Assembly: GCA_963781885.1 (NCBI GenBank)
Contig: CAWAHW010000002.1
Span: forward strand, 1 to 64,000
DNA: 64,000 bases
Direction of reading: 5' to 3'
Source: an uncultured Spirochaetota bacterium
GTDB lineage: Bacteria > Spirochaetota > Spirochaetia > SZUA-6 > Fen-1364
Under the pieces are notes generated by a model. The model ran no database searches. It saw only the letters and a program-made list of their open reading frames with translations, and had not been told where the DNA came from. A program made the position numbers and the translations under genes. Position 1 is the stretch's first letter, and the number at the start of each line of letters is the position of its first letter. Of the stretch, positions 27,979 through 38,286 are shown in pieces.

Positions 27979-28908
27979 ATGGAAACGAAAACCGACCAAG
28001 CCCATCTGCGCACGATGCACCCCCGGCTGCGGGAGATGCTGTTTACCGCGAAGAGGTTCATCCGCAACCCACTGTCCGTCATCGGTCTCAGTCTCATCGT
28101 GATATTCGGGGTGATCGCAATCCTCGCGCCGGTCCTCGAGCCGCCGACGAACCGGGACCCCTACAAGATCCCGCACAACGGGTACCGCATCGAGCCGTCG
28201 CCGCCCAGCGCGGAGCATCCGCTGGGGACCACGCAGCAGCAGTACGACATGCTCTACGGGCTTGTCTGGGGGGCGCGGAGCGCGTTCAAGATCGGCGTCC
28301 TGGTCGTGGCGGCGAACCTCCTCATCGGCATCATCCTTGGCGCGCTGGCGGGATACTTCGGCGGCCTGGTGGATGAGATCATCATGAGGATCGCCGACAT
28401 CTTCTATGCAATACCATTTCTCGTGATGGCCATGGCCCTCGTCGTGGCCATCGGACGGGGGCTGAAGGCCGTCATCATCGTGCTCATCATCCTCGAATGG
28501 CCCAGCTATACGCGGGTGATCCGCAGCGACATCCTGGTGACCCGCGGCAAGGACTTCATCCTGGCCGCGCGCGCGAGCGGCGCGTCGCATCTCCGCATCA
28601 TCTTCACCCACATCCTTCCCAACGCCATGTACTCCGTGCTCATCCTGGCGTCCCTGAACATCGGCACGACCATCCTCACCGCGGCGGCCCTCTCCTTCCT
28701 CGGGCTTGGATCTGAAACCGGCACGGCGGACTGGGGCCAGATCGTCTCGCTATGCCGCAACTGGATCGTCGGCACGCCGGGGAACCGCTTCGCCTACTGG
28801 TACACCGTCTTCATCCCGGGGTTCGTCATCTCGCTCTTCGTCCTGGGCTGGAACCTTCTGGGCGACGCCGTGCGCGACGTCTTCGATCCGCGGATGAGGA
28901 GGCGCTAG
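27979..28908 (+). CDS. ABC transporter permease (OppC/DppC)
   Basis: 'PPSAEHPLGT', 'DFILAARASGA', 'LSFLGLG' and 'NLLGDAVRDVFDPR'. Confidence 0.93.
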   Translation: METKTDQAHLRTMHPRLREMLFTAKRFIRNPLSVIGLSLIVIFGVIAILAPVLEPPTNRDPYKIPHNGYRIEPSPPSAEHPLGTTQQQYDMLYGLVWGARSAFKIGVLVVAANLLIGIILGALAGYFGGLVDEIIMRIADIFYAIPFLVMAMALVVAIGRGLKAVIIVLIILEWPSYTRVIRSDILVTRGKDFILAARASGASHLRIIFTHILPNAMYSVLILASLNIGTTILTAAALSFLGLGSETGTADWGQIVSLCRNWIVGTPGNRFAYWYTVFIPGFVISLFVLGWNLLGDAVRDVFDPRMRRR

Positions 28909-30224
28909 TGGAGACCCTCACTCTGGCGGAAACGCAGGAGCTCTACACCAACTTCTACACCTTCGAAGGCGTCGTGCGCGCCCTCAACGGCGTGAACGTC
29001 GTCGTGCGCCAGGGGGAGACCTACGGTCTGGTGGGGGAAAGCGGCTGCGGCAAGAGCGTGACCGTGCGCTCCATGATGCGCATCGTGCAGGCGCCGGGCC
29101 GCATCGATTCCGGTCACATCGTGCTCTTCCTGAACGAGCAGGAGCGCGCGCGCGGCATCGAGATCGTGAAGCGGACGGAAACCTACATGGAATCCATCCG
29201 TGGACGCGACATCTCCATGATCTTCCAGGAGCCGGGCGCGGCCCTCAATCCGGTTCTCTCCGTCCTGGAGCAGGTCGCGGAAAGCTTCCAGTTCCACCGC
29301 ATGGAGCAGATGCTCCAGGAGACGCTCGCCGACATCGAGACCGAACGGAAGGCGCGCCGCAGGGGCTCACCGCTCTCCGCGTGGCCGCGCGTGCAGGCCG
29401 CCCTGCTCAGGAGGGAGCTCGCCGGCATCCGCCGATTCGATGATCGCGTGCGGACCATCGACAACGAGCTGTACCAGCTGGAGGCGAGCACCGATCCGCA
29501 ATCGGAGGAGCGCAAGGTCTCCCTCAACCGCAGCCGGGACCGGGCCCGCGCGTGGAACGGCATCGCCGCGGTGGCGCGCCGGGTGCCCTTTCTCCGCCGC
29601 TATCGCCGGCGGCTGGATGCCACCGTGCGCCGCCACGTGGTGGAGCTTCTCCGCACGCTGGGAATCCCGAATCCCGAGAACGTCGTGCAGCGCTACCCTC
29701 ACGAGCTGTCGGGGGGCATGGCGCAGCGCATCGTCATCGCCATCGCCCTGGCCTGCCACCCCACGCTGCTGGTCGCGGACGAGCCCACCTCCAACCTCGA
29801 CGTCACCATCCAGGCGCAGATCGTCGAGCTCATCAAGGAGCTGAAGCGGACCATCATCTCCTCGGTCCTCTTCATCACCCACGACCTGGGGCTGGTGGCG
29901 GAGGTCTGCGACCGGGTGACCGTGATGTATGCCGGGGACGTGAGCGAAACAGCCACGGTGAGGGAGCTCTTCCGCAATCCGCTCCATCCCTACACCACCG
30001 GTCTTCTCGCCTCGGTTCCCAAGGCGGAGCAGGGGGACGAGCTGGCGATGATCCCCGGCGCCGTGCCCAACCTGATCGCTCCCCCGCCGGGATGCCGTTT
30101 CCATCCCCGCTGCCCGCGGCGCATGGAGATCTGCAGCCGGGAGAAGCCGGACACGGTCGAGCACGCGCCCGGACACTGGGTGGCATGCCACCTGTACACG
30201 CACAAGGATGGCGGCCATGCATGA
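28908..30224 (+). CDS. ABC ATP-binding protein (OppD/DppD) with a ~110-aa helical insertion
   Basis: '[10 protein letters not shown]', 'MIFQEP', then the insertion, then '[12 protein letters not shown]', '[10 protein letters not shown]' and 'GCRFHPRCP'. Confidence 0.9.
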   Translation: METLTLAETQELYTNFYTFEGVVRALNGVNVVVRQGETYGLVGESGCGKSVTVRSMMRIVQAPGRIDSGHIVLFLNEQERARGIEIVKRTETYMESIRGRDISMIFQEPGAALNPVLSVLEQVAESFQFHRMEQMLQETLADIETERKARRRGSPLSAWPRVQAALLRRELAGIRRFDDRVRTIDNELYQLEASTDPQSEERKVSLNRSRDRARAWNGIAAVARRVPFLRRYRRRLDATVRRHVVELLRTLGIPNPENVVQRYPHELSGGMAQRIVIAIALACHPTLLVADEPTSNLDVTIQAQIVELIKELKRTIISSVLFITHDLGLVAEVCDRVTVMYAGDVSETATVRELFRNPLHPYTTGLLASVPKAEQGDELAMIPGAVPNLIAPPPGCRFHPRCPRRMEICSREKPDTVEHAPGHWVACHLYTHKDGGHA

Positions 30225-31281
30225 GAACCTGATCGATGTGCGCGATCTGAAGAAGTACTACCCGGTCACCGGCGGCGTGTTCCGCCGGCGCATCGCCGAC
30301 GTGAAGGCGGTGGATGGCGTGGACCTCGCCATGCGCAAGGGCGAATGTCTCGGCCTGGTGGGGGAGAGCGGCTGCGGCAAGACCACGCTGGGAAAGACCA
30401 TCCTGCGCCTCCAGGCCGCGACCGCGGGGCGCATCTATTTCGGCCAGGACGGCGCGAAAGTGGAAGAGGTGGAGTCGATGCTGCGCTCCACCGACGCGCA
30501 CCAGAAAACCCGGGCCCGGGCGATGCTCAGGGGCATGGACCTGAACCGGATGAACGGCCGCGACCTGCTCGCGCTGCGCCAGAAGATCCAGATCGTCTTC
30601 CAGGATCCCACCAACTCCCTGGACCCCCGTATGCTCGTCAAGGACATCGTCGCGGAGCCGCTCACCGCCCAAAGGCTGGTGAAGCCGCGCGAGCTGGAGG
30701 GCAGAGTCCTGGAGCTGCTGGCCATCGTCGGCCTCACCTCGGACCACCTCATGCGCTACCCGCACGAGTTTTCCGGAGGCCAGCGCCAGCGGATCGCCAT
30801 CGCGCGGGCGCTCGCCACCAACCCGCAGTTCATCCTGATGGATGAGCCCACCTCCGCGTTGGACGTCTCGGTGCAGGCGCAGATCCTCAACCTGCTCAAG
30901 CGGCTGCAAACGGAGTTCCGCCTGACGTATCTCTTCGTCACGCACCACCTGCTGGTGGTGAAGTACATCTCCAACCGCATCGCCGTGATGTACCTGGGAC
31001 GGATCGCCGAGATGGGACCGACCGCGGAGATATTCTCGCGGCCGCTGCACCCCTATACGAAGGCGCTCCTCTCCGCCATCCCCATTCCGGACCCCGAGAC
31101 GAAGCGGGAAAAGATCATCCTCACCGGCGACGTGCCCAATCCCATCAACCCGCCTTCGGGCTGTCGGTTTCATCCGCGCTGCCCCTTTGCGAAAGACATC
31201 TGCCGCACGGTGGAGCCGCAGCTGGCCAGCGTGGATGGCGGCGAGCGCACGGTCGCCTGCCACCGCTGGCGCGAGCTGTAG
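30217..31281 (+). CDS. ABC ATP-binding protein (OppF/DppF)
   Basis: 'VKAVDGV', 'GESGCGKTT', '[12 protein letters not shown]' and 'GCRFHPRCP'. Confidence 0.93.
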   Translation: MHENLIDVRDLKKYYPVTGGVFRRRIADVKAVDGVDLAMRKGECLGLVGESGCGKTTLGKTILRLQAATAGRIYFGQDGAKVEEVESMLRSTDAHQKTRARAMLRGMDLNRMNGRDLLALRQKIQIVFQDPTNSLDPRMLVKDIVAEPLTAQRLVKPRELEGRVLELLAIVGLTSDHLMRYPHEFSGGQRQRIAIARALATNPQFILMDEPTSALDVSVQAQILNLLKRLQTEFRLTYLFVTHHLLVVKYISNRIAVMYLGRIAEMGPTAEIFSRPLHPYTKALLSAIPIPDPETKREKIILTGDVPNPINPPSGCRFHPRCPFAKDICRTVEPQLASVDGGERTVACHRWREL

Positions 31282-31290
31282 GGGGTTCCC

Positions 31291-33290
31291 GTGTCGACGT
31301 GGCTCGACTATCTGCGGACCGGCGCGTCCCTGCCGCCGTGGCCGTACCCCATTCGCTACGGCGTGGAAAACAGGCTCGACGCCGATGTTCTCGTCCTGGG
31401 CGGGGGAATCGCGGGCTGCCACGCCGCCCTGAATGCCCGACGTTTCGGCGCCCGGGTCATCGTCGTGGAGAAGGAAGCCACGAAGTGGGCAGGCAACGGC
31501 GGGGCGGGCGTCGATCACTGGCTCTCGGCGTGCACGAATCCCTGCTCCAAGGTGACCCCGGAAGAGCTCACCGACCGTGTCCTCGCCGACTGCGGCGGCT
31601 ACGATTGCGGGCCGCTGCGCTACGTCAACGCGCGCGAGAGCTGGGACGCCCTGCTTGATTGTGAAAGCATGGGCATGAAGATCCGCGACACGGACGGCGA
31701 ATTCGAAGGCGCGGACTTCCGCGACCCGAAAACCGGCCTGCTGTTCGCCTACGACTACGACAACCGGGTCGACATCAGGGTCTACGGCCACAACGTGAAG
31801 CCGTGCCTCCACGCGGAGATGCGGCGTCTGGGCGTGCAGATCGTGGACCGTGTCATGATCACGGGGCTGCTCAGCACGCCGGCCGGGGATCGACCGCGCA
31901 CGGTTGGCGCGATGGGGATCGACACGCGCACCGGCGCGTTTCTCGTCGCGCGGGCCCGGGCCGTCATCCTGGCCACGGGTCTTCCCGGCAGGATCTGGAA
32001 CTTTTCCACGGAAATCAGACCGACATTTCGCGATCCCAACTGCACGGGCGACGGGCTGGCAGCCGCATGGATGCGCCGGCGCCGAGCTCGCGCGGCTGGA
32101 GGAGACATTCCCCGACCCGGGCGCGTTCTCCTACATCGCGTACGCGGTCGGAAATGCCCACAACACGTGGCACGGCTGCCCCATCGTGGACGCGAAGGGC
32201 CGCGAAGTGCCGTGGGTGGACAGGGACGGAAAGGAAGTGCCCACCCTGGCCGACCGTTTCAGGCCTTCCGCCGGCCAGCGCTTCATGCTCGGGCACGGAT
32301 TGCGCGTTCCCCCCACGTACGAAAACCACGTGAAGCAGCTCGCCCCTGACCTCCCGGAGCGCATCCGCAAGGGCGAGCTCACCCTGCCGCTCTATGCGGA
32401 CCTCACGCGGATGCCTGAAAAGGAGCGGCGCGCCATTTTCGGGCTCATGGTCGGCAACGAGGGACGGACCCGCGTTCCTGTCTACGACACGCTGACCCGG
32501 GCCGGCTTCAACCCGGACATCGACATGCTCCAGGTGCCGGTCATGCCGCCTTCCGCGTACGCCCATGCCAATTTCTGGGCGGGCCATGACGGGACCGCTG
32601 TGGCGCCAGTGGGGATGCGGAGGAGTGGTCGTGGACTGGGACCTGCGGACCAGCCTCGAGGGCCTCTACGCGGCCGGCGGCGCCATCTACGGCGCGGGCG
32701 CGCATTCCAGCGCTGCCAGCAGCGGCCGCTACGTCGGGAGAAAGGCGGCAGCCTATGCGCTGCGCGCCGCGGAGCCCCAGGTGGACGATCGAGAGGTGGA
32801 GAGCGAGAAGGCGAGGGTCTATGCGCCGCTCGAACGCTCCGGAGCGGGCATCGGCTGGAAGGAGCTGAACGCGGGCATCGGCAGGGTCATGCAGGACTTC
32901 TGCGGGGAGCTCAAGACGGAGGAGACGCTCCGCGAAGGGCTGCGCCTGCTGGCGGATATCCGCGAATCCGAGGCGTCCACGGTCCGCGCGGCCAATCCGC
33001 ATGAGCTGATGCGCGCCGTGGAATGTCTCTCCATCATCACCGTCGGCGAAGCGGTCATGCACGCGTCGCTGGCCCGCCGGGCGAGCAGCGACCTGCTGGA
33101 GTTCCATCGCGTGGACTTTCCCGCCGTGGACCCGCCGGAATGGCGGAAGCTGTGCACGGTGCGGATGAGCGCGGAAGGACCAGTGTCCGGCGAGCTTCCC
33201 CTGGACTACCACCTCAGGCCGCCCTTCGCATCGACCCACGAGGAGAACTACCGGCTTCACGCCGAGCAGCCCGGGGAGGCGCGGCCATGA
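31291..33290 (+). CDS. SdhA/FrdA/AprA-family flavoprotein, interrupted by +1 frameshifts near 32074 and 32585
   Basis: FAD motif 'DVLVLGGGIAG..VEKE', 'ARAVILATG', 'TGDGLAAAW.AGAEL', 'GGVVVDWDLRTSLEGLYAAG' and 'HELMRAVE..RVDFP'. The three ORF pieces join end to end. Confidence 0.8.
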
Positions 33291-33632
33291 ATCACGATGC
33301 CTGGATGGTGCCCAACCCGCCCACCCCGAATCGCGCCATCGATTTCGATCACCGAAATATGCAACGGCTGCAACCGGTGCGTCGAGATCTGCAGGTCGGA
33401 CGTCCTGATGCCCAACCCGCAAAGGAAGGCTCCCCCCATCGTGCTCTATACCGACGAATGCTGGTACTGCGGCACGTGCGTCCTGGAGTGCCCCCGGCCG
33501 GGGGCCATCACGCTGCGGCATCCGATGAACCAGAGCGTGTCGGTGGTCTGGAAGCGCACGACGACCGGGGAGAGCTTCCGATTGGGCATGAAGAATCCCC
33601 CGGCGCCGAATACCCGGCCGCCTTCCTCCTGA
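33287..33632 (+). CDS. 2x[4Fe-4S] ferredoxin, AprB-like, +1 frameshift near 33350
   Basis: 'ICNGCNRCVEICRSD' and 'ECWYCGTCVLECP'. ATGA overlap with the flavoprotein stop. The N-terminus MNHDAWMVPNP is in the preceding frame. Confidence 0.8.
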
Positions 33633-33653
33633 GCCGCGGGAAGAGGCATTTCC

Positions 33654-33682
33654 TTGCCTTCCGCGGGGCTTCCCGGTATAGT
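33654..33682 (+). promoter_or_regulatory. Sigma70 promoter of aspS (probably leaderless transcript)
   Basis: TTGCCT-N17-TATAGT. The ATG lies 6 nt after the -10 hexamer. Confidence 0.6.
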
Positions 33683-33688
33683 CGGCCC

Positions 33689-35464
33689 ATGGAAAGCATG
33701 AAGAGGTCGGTCACCTGCGGCGCGCTGCGCGCCGCCGACGCGGGGAAAGCCGTCACGCTGAACGGCTGGATTCATCGACATCGCGATCACGGCGGGATCC
33801 GTTTCTTCGACCTGCGCGACCGCTACGGACTCACGCAGGTGGTGATCGACGCCGACGCCGCGCCGGAGCTCCGCGCGGTGAGCGACCAGCTGAAGTTCGA
33901 GTACTGCGTCGCGGTGGAAGGCGTCGTGCGCGCCCGGCCGGGCTCCATGGCCAACCCGCACATGCCCACGGGTGAGATCGAGGTGAAGGCGACGAAGCTC
34001 GCCATCCTCTCCCGGTGCGACGTGCTTCCCTTCATGATCGATGAGAAGGCGGATGCCCGCGAAGACACGCGGTTCACGTATCGTTACCTCGATCTGCGCA
34101 CGGCCGCCATGCAGCGCAACATCGCCCTCCGTCACCGCGCCGCGTTCGCCACGCGCGAGTACCTGACCGGCAAGGGCTTCTTTGAAATAGAGACCCCGAT
34201 GTTCATCAAGAGCACCCCGGAAGGCGCGCGCGACTACCTCGTGCCCTCGCGGCTGAACCCGGGGAAGTTCTACGCCCTTCCGCAGTCGCCGCAGCTCTAC
34301 AAGCAGATCCTCATGGTGTCGGGCTTCGACCGCTACTTCCAGATCGCCCGCTGCTTCCGCGACGAGGACGCGCGCGGCGATCGGCAGCCCGAGTTCACCC
34401 AGATCGACATCGAGCTGTCCTTCGTTTCGCGGGAGGACGTCTTCGAGCTCGTGGAAGGACTCATGACGCACATCTTCAAACAGTCCATCGACTGCGCCAT
34501 CACGGTGCCCTTCCTCCGTCTGCCCTACGACGAGGCCATCAATGTCTACGGCTCGGACAAGCCGGACCTTCGCTTCGGCCTGCAGATGAAGGATTTCGGG
34601 CAGATCGCGAAGAAGGGCGGCTTCGAGGTCTTCAAGAAGGTGGTGGAGGGCGGCGGCACGGTGAAGGCGCTCGTGGCGCCGGGCTGCGGGGACTATTCGC
34701 GCAAGCAGATCACGGACCTGGAGGCCGTCGCCAAGGTGTACGGCGCGGCGGGTCTTGCGTGGATGAAGGTCACGGAGACCTCCGCGCTGGACGGCGGCAT
34801 CTCGAAGTTCTTCACGGAGCAGGCCGCGGAGATCAGGGACCTGCTGGGCGCAAAGGCAGGAGACCTCATCCTCCTGGTCGGGGCCGACCATCGCAAGGCC
34901 TGCGTCTCCCTCGGTGCCGTGCGCACCCAGCTGGGCAAGGATCTTGCGCTCGCGGACCCGAAGGAGTTCAAGTTCTGCTGGATCGTGGACTTCCCCCTCT
35001 TCGAGTGGAACGAGGAGGAAAAGAAGTGGGACCCCGCGCACCACATGTTCACGATGCCGCAGGAGCGCTTCCTGGCGGATTTCGAGAAGAGGCCCGGCGA
35101 GGTCAAGGGCGACCTCTATGACCTGGTCTGCAACGGCGTGGAGCTCGCCTCGGGCTCCATCAGGATACACGATCCCGAGCTCCAGAAGCGGATCTTCCGT
35201 TTCCTCGGCATCTCCGATGAGCAGGCGCAGCAGCGCTTCGGCTTCCTCCTGGAGGCGTTCAAGTACGGGCCGCCGCCGCACGGGGGCATCGCGCCGGGCT
35301 TCGACCGCCTGGTGGCGATGATGGCGGGCGAGGCGACGATTCGCGACGTCATCGCCTTCCCGAAGAACACGCTCGGCCAGTGCCCGATGGACGACTCGCC
35401 GTCGCTCGTTGACGCCCGGCAGCTCGAGGACCTCCACATCCGGGTCGTGGAGAAGAAGGTGTGA
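33689..35464 (+). CDS. aspS: Aspartate--tRNA ligase
   Basis: 'RDHGGIRFFDLRDRYG', 'STPEGARDYLVPSR..FYALPQSPQLYKQ', 'RCFRDED..RQPEFTQID' and 'YGPPPHGGIAPGFDR'. Confidence 0.97.
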   Translation: MESMKRSVTCGALRAADAGKAVTLNGWIHRHRDHGGIRFFDLRDRYGLTQVVIDADAAPELRAVSDQLKFEYCVAVEGVVRARPGSMANPHMPTGEIEVKATKLAILSRCDVLPFMIDEKADAREDTRFTYRYLDLRTAAMQRNIALRHRAAFATREYLTGKGFFEIETPMFIKSTPEGARDYLVPSRLNPGKFYALPQSPQLYKQILMVSGFDRYFQIARCFRDEDARGDRQPEFTQIDIELSFVSREDVFELVEGLMTHIFKQSIDCAITVPFLRLPYDEAINVYGSDKPDLRFGLQMKDFGQIAKKGGFEVFKKVVEGGGTVKALVAPGCGDYSRKQITDLEAVAKVYGAAGLAWMKVTETSALDGGISKFFTEQAAEIRDLLGAKAGDLILLVGADHRKACVSLGAVRTQLGKDLALADPKEFKFCWIVDFPLFEWNEEEKKWDPAHHMFTMPQERFLADFEKRPGEVKGDLYDLVCNGVELASGSIRIHDPELQKRIFRFLGISDEQAQQRFGFLLEAFKYGPPPHGGIAPGFDRLVAMMAGEATIRDVIAFPKNTLGQCPMDDSPSLVDARQLEDLHIRVVEKKV

Positions 35465-37254
35465 ACGACCCCGGCCCCGGGATCCACGCGAGTCAGGTCG
35501 GCTACGTGTGCGCGGCGCAGAAGCGCATTGTCGTGCCCGCGTCGGTGGCCGCGACGGCGCCCGAGTTCCAGATCCAGGACCTCGGGAAGGTTGCCGTGCA
35601 GGGCCTCGGCGCTTCGGAGAGCTGGAAAATCGTATTCCGCGCGAAGCTCGTCCCGCACAACGGTCCGATGGGGAAGTACCTGGAAGGGGATTTCTCCGCG
35701 GTCACCGCGCCGGGTGTCTACCGGGCGGTGCTCCCCGGGCCGCCGGGCAGCACCGAGGTCGCCGCGTGGTCGTACCCCTTTGTCGTTGCGGATGGCGCCT
35801 ATTCGCGTCTTCCCTCCCTTTTCCTCGACTACGTGCACGGCCAGCGCTGCGGCGACTTCGAGAACGACCTGCGCGGTCCCTGCCATATGGACGACGGTAT
35901 GCGCTCGGATACCGGGGAGCCCGTGGACGCCGCGGGCGGCTGGCACGACGCGGGTGACCTCCGCAAGTGGATGGCCACGACGCCCCTTCCCATACTCGGC
36001 TTCTTCGACATGCGCCGCAAGCGGGGATGGACGCGCAACAACTGGGGCGAACGCCCCCACGAGGATGACGTGCTGGCGGAGGCGTCCTGGGGTCTGCGCT
36101 GGATGCTGAAGATGCAGGACCCGGCCACGGGCATGTTCTACGAGGACGTCGGCGGGGGAGGGGAAAGCCGGCGGCAGGAAGGCATGGTCTGGTGGCACGA
36201 GAATCACGCCGGCTGCTACGCCGACAACGCGGGCAACTCCTTCACCGACAACCGGCCCAAAAGCGGCGACGAGCGCAGCGTGCGGGTGCAGTACCAGCCC
36301 ATGGTCCAGTACGCGGCCGTCACGATCCTCATGGACGCGGCGGACCATTTCCACGCGCACTACCCGGCCTTTTCCCAGCTCTGCCGGCAGGCGGCGCTGC
36401 GCTGCTGGGACTTCATGAAAGGGCGCCGCCGCGACGATTTCCACCAGTGGACGTCCGTGATCGCCTGGAGGCTCCTCGCGGCCCTGCGCCTCCACGCGAG
36501 CGGGATCGCGCCGGAGTACGAAGTCTCTGCACTCGTCTCGGTGCTCATCGACCTGCAGGCGCGCGACCACGGCTTCTGGCACATGGATTCCGCGCGGCGC
36601 GAGCCTTACCGCGGCATCGTGAACGCGGCGCAGCCGGTCATCGCGCTGGCATCCTTCATCGAGGCCGACTACGAGCACCCCCTTGCGGGCGCCGCGCGGG
36701 AAACGCTGGAGCGCTGTCGGGACCTCTACGTGGCGCCCATGCTTTCGACAAACCCCTTCGGCATCATGCCCTACGGCGTCTACACGGCGCCGCGCACACC
36801 GGGTGATGTGTACCATGAATGGACCGACGGGCTGGTTTACCGCTTCTTCATGCCGGATCATGCCCCCGAGCGTGTGAATCACGGTCTTTCCTCGCACTGG
36901 ACGAGCTGGGCGCACGGTCTTGCCCTCATGGGCGATGTCCTGGACGATGCTCGGTGCCGCAACGCAGCCTGGGATCAGCTTTCGTGGCTCACGGGCGCCA
37001 ACCCCCTGAACGCAAGCATGATCACGGGCGTGGGGTGCCGCAGCGCCGCGCCGTATTCCGGGTACTATGGAGCGCTATCGGGCGGATTCTGCAACGGACC
37101 GCGGGGAACCGCGGAGGACATGCCTTTCGTGGACACGGCAGGACGCCTGGAATGGAGCTCGGGAGAGTACTGGATGGCGCCGCTGGCAAACGCGCTGATG
37201 GCCCTTTCGGTCCTTCTCCCTTCACGGGTGCCTGCGTCGGGCAAGATAGGGTAG
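35461..37254 (+). CDS. Glycoside hydrolase family 9 protein (no signal peptide)
   Basis: N-terminal Ig-like 'SQVGY', 'QRCG', 'GGWHDAGDLRK', 'LRWMLKMQD', 'WLTGANP..SMITGVG' and 'GEYW...NA'. Confidence 0.8.
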   Translation: MNDPGPGIHASQVGYVCAAQKRIVVPASVAATAPEFQIQDLGKVAVQGLGASESWKIVFRAKLVPHNGPMGKYLEGDFSAVTAPGVYRAVLPGPPGSTEVAAWSYPFVVADGAYSRLPSLFLDYVHGQRCGDFENDLRGPCHMDDGMRSDTGEPVDAAGGWHDAGDLRKWMATTPLPILGFFDMRRKRGWTRNNWGERPHEDDVLAEASWGLRWMLKMQDPATGMFYEDVGGGGESRRQEGMVWWHENHAGCYADNAGNSFTDNRPKSGDERSVRVQYQPMVQYAAVTILMDAADHFHAHYPAFSQLCRQAALRCWDFMKGRRRDDFHQWTSVIAWRLLAALRLHASGIAPEYEVSALVSVLIDLQARDHGFWHMDSARREPYRGIVNAAQPVIALASFIEADYEHPLAGAARETLERCRDLYVAPMLSTNPFGIMPYGVYTAPRTPGDVYHEWTDGLVYRFFMPDHAPERVNHGLSSHWTSWAHGLALMGDVLDDARCRNAAWDQLSWLTGANPLNASMITGVGCRSAAPYSGYYGALSGGFCNGPRGTAEDMPFVDTAGRLEWSSGEYWMAPLANALMALSVLLPSRVPASGKIG

Positions 37255-37287
37255 GCCGGGTGCGGCTGCCACCGGAGGTTGCCGGCT

Positions 37288-38019
37288 CTACTCGTCCCGC
37301 TTCCTCAGGGTCTCAACGACGACCTGGGCGATGATCTCGATCAAGGCAGGGTCCACGTCTCCCAGCAAAGGCTTCCTCCCCCATCCCTGCGCCTCGCGCA
37401 CCTTCTGCAGCGCGGACACCTCCGTGGCGGAGAGCGGCTTCGGCTCGCCGAGTATCCGTGTCACCAAGCGCACGCGCGCGTACATCTCAAGGACTTCCAT
37501 GCGGTAGTAGGCCTGCATCACGTCGGCACCGACGGTCAGTGCCCCATGGTTTGAAAGCAGAAGCGCGTCGCAGTCCGGTATCTCCTTGACCACGGCGTCG
37601 GGGATCTCTTGCGTGCTGGGCGTGCCATATTCGGCAAAACCGATCTTCGAAAGGCCGAATATCACCTCGGGAAGAAGCACGTCCTGGTCGAGCCTTATCC
37701 GGCAGGCGGCGAAGCCTGTCGCGGCGGGCGGGTGCGCGTGCACGATTGCCTGGACGTCGGGCCGCGCCCGATAGACCGCCAGGTGCATCTTCGTCTCGGA
37801 GCTTGGCTTCAGGCTTCCCGCAAGGACCCTGCCCTGGAGGTCGATCTTGATGATGCTCTCTTCCGTGACGTCGCCCTTGTTGACGCTCGTCGGCGTCACC
37901 AGGAGCTCCGTGTCGGACAGTCGCGCGCTCAGGTTTCCGTCATTCGACGCGACAAAGAACCTGTCGCGCAGCCTCCTGCCCGCCTCGACGATCTGTCGTC
38001 GTGCTTCCGCCTCTTGCAT
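37288..38019 (-). CDS. Class II aldolase/adducin family (fuculose/rhamnulose-phosphate aldolase-like) with C-terminal amphipathic helix
   Basis: 'NDGNLSAR', 'PSSETKMHL', 'VHAHPP' and 'LLSNHGALT', with tail 'DPALIEIIAQVVVETL'. Confidence 0.88.
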   Translation of the reverse strand: MQEAEARRQIVEAGRRLRDRFFVASNDGNLSARLSDTELLVTPTSVNKGDVTEESIIKIDLQGRVLAGSLKPSSETKMHLAVYRARPDVQAIVHAHPPAATGFAACRIRLDQDVLLPEVIFGLSKIGFAEYGTPSTQEIPDAVVKEIPDCDALLLSNHGALTVGADVMQAYYRMEVLEMYARVRLVTRILGEPKPLSATEVSALQKVREAQGWGRKPLLGDVDPALIEIIAQVVVETLRKRDE

Positions 38020-38129
38020 ACAGTCATTTTATCGGTTTGTTGCCGGCGCGTCGATTGAGATAAAAATGCCCGCGAACCCCGCGCAGTCGCCCTTTGCGGC
38101 GCAACTGCCTCCCAGTAACGGTATTCAGC

Positions 38130-38286
38130 GGGCTTGTAAATTATCTCTCAGTAACTCGCCATACTTGCAAAAAAAATAACAGTTGTCAATCCATATTATG
38201 TCGATAAATACCATAATTATGAGAAAAATTTGCAATTGCACGGGATATCTGTATAGTAATTAACATTTGAGATCGCAGGCCCCATA
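38130..38286. promoter_or_regulatory. AT-rich divergent control region between the aldolase and DeoR
   Basis: Sharp drop in GC with several TTGCAA/TATAGT-like hexamers and AT palindromes (e.g. TGCAATTGCA, CATAATTATG). Confidence 0.55.

Noticed and set aside
31291-33632. Dissimilatory sulfate reduction (aprAB)
   Set aside because: There is only family-level similarity, and no sat, qmo or dsr genes in the window, so no gene symbols were assigned.
33023-33688. Apparent N-terminal extension of AspRS
   Set aside because: It results from the frameshifted ferredoxin frame running into aspS. aspS has its own promoter and ATG at 33689.
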